This document shows, piece by piece, positions 37,579 to 42,641 of a stretch of DNA of 42,641 nt; position 1 is the first letter of the stretch, and each line of letters opens with the position of its first letter. Below the pieces are notes generated by a model that was not told the DNA's origin, searched no databases, and worked only from the letters and a program-made list of their open reading frames with translations. The translations under genes and the position numbers were made by a program. The DNA is taken from the NCBI GenBank assembly GCA_019248165.1, contig JAEHHB010000001.1, positions 1 through 42,641 on the forward strand, written 5' to 3'. Source of the DNA: Candidatus Shapirobacteria bacterium S2_F12. GTDB taxonomy: Bacteria; Patescibacteriota; Microgenomatia; UBA12405.

Positions 37579-38530
37579 CAAACTTTTAATAATCTCTGGC
37601 CCGACAGCTACTGGTAAAACTGATCTAGCCGTTAAATTAGCAAAAAAATATAACGGTGAGTTAGTTTCGGGAGACTCCTGTCAAATTTATAAGGGTATGG
37701 ATATTGGTACTGGTAAAGATCAGCCAAATGGCACCCCAATTCACTTAATCGACATTATTACCCCTGACAAAAAATTTTCTGTTGCTGATTTTCAAAAAAT
37801 TGGTCTAAAAACCATCAAAGAAATTCAATCCCGAGGCAAACTCCCGATTTTGGTCGGTTGTAGTGGTTTTTATATTGATTCTTTGATTAATCCACACTAC
37901 AACACTTTTTCTATAAAACCCAACAAATTCTTGCGTTTTATTTTTAAATATTTTTCCCTAAATACTTTACAAAAAATATATAAATATCTCGACAAAGATG
38001 AATTTTCCAAACTTAATCACTCTGACGTCAACAATCACTATCGTCTCACCCGCAAAATCGAAATAAAATTATTTTCTCGAAAAAAAGTTGCCCTTTTTAA
38101 GGGGGATGTCCGAAGGACAGAGGGTTTCAACATCTTACACATTTCCCTCACCGCCCCCCTTGAAATCCTCTACCAGCGTATTGACGCTCGTGTTAACAAG
38201 CGGATGGAAATTGGGTTTTTGGACGAAATAAGAAGATTATTAAAGAAATATAAATGGACCGATCCTGGGATGCAAATTGCCGCGTATCAATGCCTTCGTC
38301 CGTATTTCGAAAATAATAAAAAAGTAATCAAGATTCCACTTCATCAAGGGGAGCTGCCCGAAGGGCTGAGGGGTTTAGTGAAACTCTGGTCTTATGCTGA
38401 ACATAGTGATGCCCGACGTCAAACTTGTTGGTTTAAAACAAAAACAAATGCTTTTTTCTTTGATATTACCAAAAATAAATTTCAAGAAAATATTTTTAGA
38501 CACGTAGATAAATGGTACAATAAACTATGA
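37571..38530 (+). CDS. miaA: tRNA dimethylallyltransferase
   Basis: IISGPTATGKTDLA...LVSGDSCQIYKGMDIGTGK...ILVGCSGFY. Overlaps ychF by 8 nt. Contains two GC-rich repeat copies (see repeat features). Confidence 0.9.
   Translation: MFNKLLIISGPTATGKTDLAVKLAKKYNGELVSGDSCQIYKGMDIGTGKDQPNGTPIHLIDIITPDKKFSVADFQKIGLKTIKEIQSRGKLPILVGCSGFYIDSLINPHYNTFSIKPNKFLRFIFKYFSLNTLQKIYKYLDKDEFSKLNHSDVNNHYRLTRKIEIKLFSRKKVALFKGDVRRTEGFNILHISLTAPLEILYQRIDARVNKRMEIGFLDEIRRLLKKYKWTDPGMQIAAYQCLRPYFENNKKVIKIPLHQGELPEGLRGLVKLWSYAEHSDARRQTCWFKTKTNAFFFDITKNKFQENIFRHVDKWYNKL
38090..38127 (+). repeat. GC-rich repeat element copy E2, in frame inside miaA
   Basis: GCCCTTTTTAAGGG GGAT GTCC-GAA-GGAC AGAGGGTTT. The first 14 nt are identical to 271-284. 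Central 4-bp hairpin at 38108-38118. Confidence 0.55.
38346..38376 (+). repeat. GC-rich repeat element copy E3 (partial), in frame inside miaA
   Basis: AAGGGG AGCT GCCC-GAA-GGGC TGAGGGGTTT. Same layout as E2 but read in a different codon phase. Confidence 0.45.
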
Positions 38531-39501
38531 AAAACAAGAAAATAGAAATTTCCTATAAGAATATTGTCTTTACGGTATTATTTTTATTAGGGCTTGTTGT
38601 TTTGTGGCAAATTAGGACCTTAATCGTCTTACTGTTCATTAGTTTTGTTTTAATGGAAGCCCTAAATCCAGCTGTAACCCGGCTCGAAAAATACCGAATT
38701 CCTCGACCTCTTGGAATATTAATTTTATATATAATTATTTTAAGCGTAATCTCTTTTGTTGTTGCCGGGATCGTTCCAATTTTAACGGAACAAACCACTG
38801 GTCTAATTCAGACTCTCCCTCAAGCCCTAAAAAATATTAAAATTTTTGGTTCTGACGCTGTTGATCTATCGTCACAATTTAAAATATTAGAAAATATTCC
38901 AGGTGGTATTGCTAAAATTGCAATATCAATCGTATCAAATGTCGTCTCTGGTTTTGTAATTTTATTTTTGACTTTTTATCTCTTACTTGAAAAAAAGAAT
39001 TTTTCAAAATACGGTCTTGATATGTTTGGTGAACCAGGTAAAGAAAAATTTGTTGCCATAGTTGAAAAATTAGAAACTAGGCTGGGTAGTTGGGTCAATG
39101 CAGAACTATTTTTAATGACCATAATTGGGGCTCTTTCTTATATTGGTTATACAATCTTAGGACTTCGATACGCAGTTCCGTTGGCAATATTTGCTGGTCT
39201 TCTTGAAGCAGTGCCATCAATCGGACCGACTGTTGCAACAGCTTTAGCGGCGCTAGTCGGTTTTACAATTTCTCCTCTCACTGGGATACTCTCAGTTGTT
39301 GTTGGTACTATTATTCAACAGCTAGAAAACAATATTATTGTTCCTCGTATCATGAAACAAACCGTCGGGTTTAATCCTTTAGTAACAATCCTACTAATTG
39401 CTTCTGGAGCCAAACTCGGTGGTGTAGTTGGAGCAATACTAGCTTTACCCTTATTTTTAACACTTCAAACTATTTTTAAAGTACTAATTGAAAAAAAATA
39501 A
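38527..39501 (+). CDS. AI-2E family transporter (PerM/UPF0118-like permease)
   Basis: 324 aa with about 8 TM segments. Conserved C-terminal block AVPLAIFAGLLEAVPSIGP...IIQQLENNIIVPRIM...G.NPLVTIL. ATGA overlap with miaA. Confidence 0.8.
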   Translation: MKNKKIEISYKNIVFTVLFLLGLVVLWQIRTLIVLLFISFVLMEALNPAVTRLEKYRIPRPLGILILYIIILSVISFVVAGIVPILTEQTTGLIQTLPQALKNIKIFGSDAVDLSSQFKILENIPGGIAKIAISIVSNVVSGFVILFLTFYLLLEKKNFSKYGLDMFGEPGKEKFVAIVEKLETRLGSWVNAELFLMTIIGALSYIGYTILGLRYAVPLAIFAGLLEAVPSIGPTVATALAALVGFTISPLTGILSVVVGTIIQQLENNIIVPRIMKQTVGFNPLVTILLIASGAKLGGVVGAILALPLFLTLQTIFKVLIEKK

Positions 39502-39564
39502 TTTTTGCGCCTTAGTAAAAAGACACCTATTTCTTGTTAAGTAATAATTTTGTTACCTATAATA

Positions 39565-39593
39565 TTGACAATTTATGTGTTTAAAGTTATAAT
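39565..39593 (+). promoter_or_regulatory. Consensus sigma-70 promoter of the 39.8-42.1 kb cassette
   Basis: TTGACA (39565-39570), exactly 17 nt, TATAAT (39588-39593). A second candidate, TTGTTA-18-TATAAT, ends at 39563. Confidence 0.6.
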
Positions 39594-39826
39594 CCCGCGA
39601 CAATAAAAATATCAAAAATACGTGTATAGCAACGTATAATTTAATATTTTTAGAACTTTAACAAACTAAAGAGTGTTTATTATCATGTCAACAGTTTTAT
39701 AGACTCTACTAAGAGTAGAAACAGTATATTTCTATTTTCAGTGGAGTCTATAAAAAGGAGAATGTTGTTGATGGTTTAACAAAAAATAGGTACAAAAAAA
39801 CAAACTAAGAAAAGAGGTGTCAGGAA

Positions 39827-40324
39827 ATGAAGCAGCGGTTTTGGATTGTGTCACTAATCTTTGTCGTCGTTGTTGTCTTGTGTGGATTGCTTTTTTTGGG
39901 TGTCTTCCAGTCAAATAGAAATGACTATTCAATAACCGAAAAAACAGCGGTTACAAGCAGTCCTAATCCTTCAGTTGAAAGTAATTCAGAACAGCCCCAA
40001 GGTTCAAACGGAAATCTTTTTGGTTGGCCTTGGAGTTGGAGTTGGGGATTTGGCGGTAATAGCGACAATTCAGGCTCAAGTTACAACTCCGATTCGAATA
40101 GTAATTCGGGATCGAACTCTGACTTTGGATCAAATTACGACTATGATTTTGGAAACGATTCGGGTTCTAGTTGGGATTTCGGTCAAGACAGTTGGGGTTC
40201 CGACAGTTGGGATTTTGGTTCCGACAGTTGGGGATTTGATAGTTTTGATTCGGGAAGCGACAGTTGGGGTTCCGACAGTTGGGATTTTGGTTCCGACAGT
40301 TGGGGCGGCAGTGATGGTTGGTAA
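39827..40324 (+). CDS. Hypothetical TM-anchored protein with an acidic Ser/Asp/Gly/Trp/Phe low-complexity repeat ectodomain
   Basis: N-terminal hydrophobic helix FWIVSLIFVVVVVLCGLLFLGVF, then GWPWSWSWGFGGNSDNSGS...(SDSWG/SDSWDFG)n. AGAGG SD upstream. No recognisable family. Confidence 0.65.
   Translation: MKQRFWIVSLIFVVVVVLCGLLFLGVFQSNRNDYSITEKTAVTSSPNPSVESNSEQPQGSNGNLFGWPWSWSWGFGGNSDNSGSSYNSDSNSNSGSNSDFGSNYDYDFGNDSGSSWDFGQDSWGSDSWDFGSDSWGFDSFDSGSDSWGSDSWDFGSDSWGGSDGW
40187..40305 (+). repeat. Perfect 47-nt direct duplication (40187-40233 and 40259-40305) built from a GACAGTTGGG sub-repeat
   Basis: GACAGTTGGGGTTCCGACAGTTGGGATTTTGGTTCCGACAGTTGGGG occurs twice with a 72-nt period (24 codons). 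It encodes DSWGSDSWDFGSDSWG. Confidence 0.9.
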
Positions 40325-40349
40325 TTAACAAATTCGAAAGGAGATAAGT

Positions 40350-40910
40350 ATGAATAATAATTTAACTGATAAGTTCATGGGGTCGTCCACTGGAAACATT
40401 GTTGAATTTACCCCTGATATCGAAAAGACTCCGGTTAATCAATTTAAGATCAAAGGAACCGGGGTTCTTGTTGCCCAAAATCTCAAGGATGGACAGCTTT
40501 ATCCTAAGGGAGAGTCCTATCCAGTGTTCTTTTTGGACAACAACACTATGATAATCCGGCTAAACTATGGATTCTACTATTTTGACCGACCCACAATTTT
40601 AACAGGCGAATCAGCCAAAGAATTTGTCCCTCACGCTATTGAATTTGGTAAAAGAAATCAAGCCCCAGGTAGCTATTCATTTCAATGGCAAGGGATGGAA
40701 TTGTCGTTTATTGACATCGGTTATTTGATCTACGCAAACAGGAGTGGAAGTTGTCACCTCAATGACAAAACCGCCATTCGGTTTATACTTGCCCAACTTG
40801 GCAACGGAGACAGGTTTTACCTCGAAGATTGCAAAAACGGGACCGATCGTTGTTGGTTGGGTACATTTTTAGGGAGCAGTCTAGAACAAAACATTCTCAG
40901 CATCAACTAA
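40350..40910 (+). CDS. Hypothetical soluble protein (186 aa), no recognisable family
   Basis: AAGGAG SD 9 nt upstream. No TM segment. Aromatic-rich. C-terminal Cys cluster SGSCH...EDCKNGTDRCW. Confidence 0.6.
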   Translation: MNNNLTDKFMGSSTGNIVEFTPDIEKTPVNQFKIKGTGVLVAQNLKDGQLYPKGESYPVFFLDNNTMIIRLNYGFYYFDRPTILTGESAKEFVPHAIEFGKRNQAPGSYSFQWQGMELSFIDIGYLIYANRSGSCHLNDKTAIRFILAQLGNGDRFYLEDCKNGTDRCWLGTFLGSSLEQNILSIN

Positions 40911-40931
40911 AAAAAAGGAGGGCTTGTTGAC

Positions 40932-41498
40932 ATGTCTAATTCAAAAATCTCACCCAAAGGTATCAAAGGTTGGTTGTTTCTGTTATTAGAGTTTATTTTT
41001 CTCGGAGTACTTTTCTTCATTGCTTTGGAATTTGTCGCCCCTAATACTCAGGTAACTCAAGATACCGTAAAGAGTCTTACTGGGTATTTTATAAAAATCG
41101 GGGGTAAATTTCTCTTGGCCATTGTAATCAGTTTTCTTGAAGTGTGGGTAGTTTTTAAACATGTATTGGACACAAAACTATCCAACATGTTAGACAAACT
41201 AAAGATTCACTACAACGATAGTTATGCCATTATCTTGGTAGGTTTGATTACAAGTGTTGCCATAATGATTGCTTCCGTGGGTGACTCATCGGTACAATAT
41301 TTGTTGTACCAGATACTTACTCGAGGAAGTATTGGTTTTGCTGTTGCCACTATTTTCACTGTGATATTTGCAAAAATATTAGGTATGAATAGTATGGATG
41401 AGCTTCGTTTTTGGATAGACGAAAAGGCCAATAATTCCTATGTCATCATTATTGTCGGTGTCCTAATAGTTTCTACAATCCTGTCAATGAATGCCTAA
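40932..41498 (+). CDS. Hypothetical polytopic membrane protein with an internal duplication (tentatively DUF350-like)
   Basis: GGAGG SD. About 5 hydrophobic helices. Repeated N(D/N)SY(A/V)II(L/I)VG(L/V).I....I segments at residues about 94-116 and about 167-188. Confidence 0.6.
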   Translation: MSNSKISPKGIKGWLFLLLEFIFLGVLFFIALEFVAPNTQVTQDTVKSLTGYFIKIGGKFLLAIVISFLEVWVVFKHVLDTKLSNMLDKLKIHYNDSYAIILVGLITSVAIMIASVGDSSVQYLLYQILTRGSIGFAVATIFTVIFAKILGMNSMDELRFWIDEKANNSYVIIIVGVLIVSTILSMNA

Positions 41499-41515
41499 TC
41501 ACAAGAGGAGGACTT

Positions 41516-42061
41516 ATGACAGAAATTTTTGGGATAGTACTGTTAATAGTTTTTTTGATCTATCTATTTAGGTCACACGTCTTAGATCTGATTGGTGGCT
41601 GGTTGATACCGATTGTTCGTAAACATTGGATATCGGTAACCAATTGGTTTCAGAGAACTAATGTTAAATCAGAAAAATCGGACATTGAAGTTCAATACCA
41701 CCAGTGTCAACAAGTTCTATCATCAATTAAAAAAGCCCGATACGACACCGAAACCTCGATTGAAGAAATCAACTCAGAAAATAGAAAGCTCGAACTTGCG
41801 ATCAAAACCGCCTCTGATTCCCACCTGTCGACAGAAGATTATGACAAGCGGATAGAAAGAAACAAAACGCAACAGCATAAATTACTGATACAGTGCAATG
41901 AATTGGTAACAAAAGAACAAAGCCTTGAATCCATTATGGGAAAATTAAATATTGGTGTCCTTTTGACCACTTCAGAATTAGACAATCTAACCAGGGAAAT
42001 TTCTCGGTCAACAGAATATGTCAATAACATTTTGAACCAGTACCCAAAAGACACTTTTTAG
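41516..42061 (+). CDS. Hypothetical N-terminally TM-anchored coiled-coil protein
   Basis: GAGGAGG SD. TM IFGIVLLIVFLIYLF, then about 120 aa of heptad-like charged sequence (IEEINSENRKLELAIK...KEQSLESIMGKLN). Any PspA/LemA-like relationship is unproven. Confidence 0.6.
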   Translation: MTEIFGIVLLIVFLIYLFRSHVLDLIGGWLIPIVRKHWISVTNWFQRTNVKSEKSDIEVQYHQCQQVLSSIKKARYDTETSIEEINSENRKLELAIKTASDSHLSTEDYDKRIERNKTQQHKLLIQCNELVTKEQSLESIMGKLNIGVLLTTSELDNLTREISRSTEYVNNILNQYPKDTF

Positions 42062-42084
42062 TAAAAGACATCATTATGTCTGAT

Positions 42085-42148
42085 AGTCGGCTCTGGAGAG
42101 GGGTGAATGCTTGCAGTCTATCTGCCCATTCATCCCTCGAGCCGGACT
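42085..42148 (+). other. Long imperfect GC-rich hairpin (about 25 bp) between the cassette and the hammerhead
   Basis: AGUC-GGCUC-(UGGA)-GAGGGGUGAAUG...GCAG-UCUAU-CUGC...CAUUCAUCCCUC-GAGCC-(G)-GACU. No U-tract follows on either strand. Confidence 0.6.
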
Positions 42149-42152
42149 ATTA

Positions 42153-42203
42153 ACGTTAAATCGATGTGTATCGATTCTGATGAGTCCAAAAGGACGAAAA
42201 CGT
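42153..42203 (+). ncRNA. Type III hammerhead self-cleaving ribozyme (predicted cleavage between 42158 and 42159)
   Basis: ACGUU-A | AAUCGAU-GUGU-AUCGAUU - CUGAUGA - GUCC-AAAA-GGAC - GAAA - ACGU. All invariant core positions are present (C3 U4 G5 A6 N7 G8 A9, G12 A13 A14, A15.1-U16.1, H17=A, G10.1-C11.1). Stem I 7 bp, stem II 4 bp, stem III 5 bp and open. Confidence 0.85.
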
Positions 42204-42237
42204 AAAAAACTCTGTATTAAGGTTTAAGCCCACAAAA

Positions 42238-42530
42238 AACCCCCAAAGAAACTGTTAAGCTGGATTCTGTTTATGTGTCATCTATCTATTCTCTTTACCT
42301 GGAGCTCTCAAAAACTAGATATTAACGCCCCATCTTAAGATTTCCACCAGGAGGATGCTCGTTTCACTTGGGCTCGCCGTATCTTCTTGCGAAGGCGGTT
42401 CGCTTACTCGTCTCTGTAGCATTGCCGTCCAATCACTTGGACTCCTACTTATTTAGATCCTGTGTTTTTTGTGGTCCAGACTTTCCTGTCCGAAAAATCG
42501 GACTTGACACTTCAATTTCTTTAGAGGTCA
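42238..42530 (-). ncRNA. rnpB: RNase P RNA (bacterial type, compact, about 290 nt; ends approximate)
   Basis: The reverse complement contains the universally conserved P4 strands ACAGGAAAGUCUGGAC and AACAGAAUCCAGCUUA (compare E. coli GAGGAAAGUCCGGGC and ACAGAACCCGGCUUA). Also GCUACAGAGA...ACCGCC, a 16-bp P1 (CCUCUAAAGAAAUUG with CAGUUUCUUUGGGGG), P2 (GUGUCA/UGACAC) and a P3 hairpin (GUCCGA-UUUU-UCGGAC). Confidence 0.85.
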
Positions 42531-42641
42531 ATTTATTTTACCGTAATTATTATAGTAAAGCGGCATCAGCTGCTGATAAGATTTTGAACATTTTAGTTCC
42601 GGTTTCAGGATCTATAGTTTGAGCTGCTGGTCTACCATTTT

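Noticed and set aside
39740-39775. A preQ1-I-like tail (CUAUAAAAAGGAG) and a mini-ORF (ATG TTG TTG ATG GTT TAA) in the cassette leader
   Set aside because: The upstream helix does not match the 5-bp P1 and loop architecture of preQ1 aptamers. The SD-to-ATG spacing for the mini-ORF is about 1 nt. No queuosine-related gene lies downstream.
39738-39932. 64-aa minus-strand ORF spanning the cassette leader and the start of the first gene
   Set aside because: It is antisense to a gene with good initiation signals. It has no SD and no family resemblance. It is probably a chance ORF.
39975-40328. 117-aa alternative-frame ORF over the repeat region
   Set aside because: It is a by-product of the periodic GACAGTTGGG repeat. 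It lacks an SD or start context, whereas the 39827 frame has an SD and a TM anchor.
42368-42622. 84-aa ORF on the + strand
   Set aside because: It lies antisense to the RNase P RNA gene, whose conserved P4, P1-P3 and ACAGAGA motifs explain the region. It has no SD and an odd composition.

Overview
Low-GC, gene-dense bacterial window that uses the standard genetic code: TGA acts as a stop at 28681-28683 and 35993-35995. Most of it is housekeeping.

Gene content, in order:
- 1-2421: rmlC fragment, rmlD, and a divergent FAD oxidoreductase.
- 2549-20859: one long co-directional translation block: fusA-tuf-rpsJ-rplC-rplD-rplW-rplB-rpsS-rplV-rpsC-rplP-rpmC-rpsQ-rplN-rplX-rplE-rpsN-rpsH-rplF-rplR-rpsE-rplO-secY-adk-infA-rpmJ-rpsM-rpsK-rpsD-rpoA-rplQ-rplM-rpsI.
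- 20914-22805: uppP, then a minus-strand OB-fold plus PolB-type exonuclease gene.
- 22930-31152: a 1917-aa surface protein (7-blade RCC1 propeller plus an FN3 array), translationally coupled to a MacB/FtsX-type ABC pair.
- 31227-39501: tRNA-Pro(GGG), recA-recX, rny, hup, nadE, an NMN adenylyltransferase-like gene, ychF, miaA and an AI-2E family permease.

L30 (rpmD) is absent between rpsE and rplO, map is absent after adk, and rpsL-rpsG are absent before fusA. Together with the low GC and the giant surface protein, this suggests a CPR/Patescibacteria-like genome (inference).

The most unusual part is the 3' end of the window (39.5-42.6 kb):
- A four-gene cassette of uncharacterised, mostly membrane-associated proteins sits behind a consensus promoter and a roughly 230-nt structured leader. 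It is visibly richer in G+C than its surroundings. One of its proteins is a TM-anchored acidic Ser/Asp/Trp/Gly repeat protein.
- About 20 nt downstream lies a 64-nt imperfect hairpin.
- Four nt after that is a complete type III hammerhead ribozyme (42153-42203, + strand).
- The hammerhead points head-on into a compact RNase P RNA gene (about 42238-42530, minus strand). The ORF track misses this gene.

Several short repeat families are also present:
- an 8-nt-period CTCTAAAG module upstream of fusA, rpsN and adk;
- an AACTATTAATCTA-type spacer inside the ribosomal operons;
- a GC-rich GCCCTTTTTAAGGG...GAGGGTTT element, found once between genes and in frame inside miaA.
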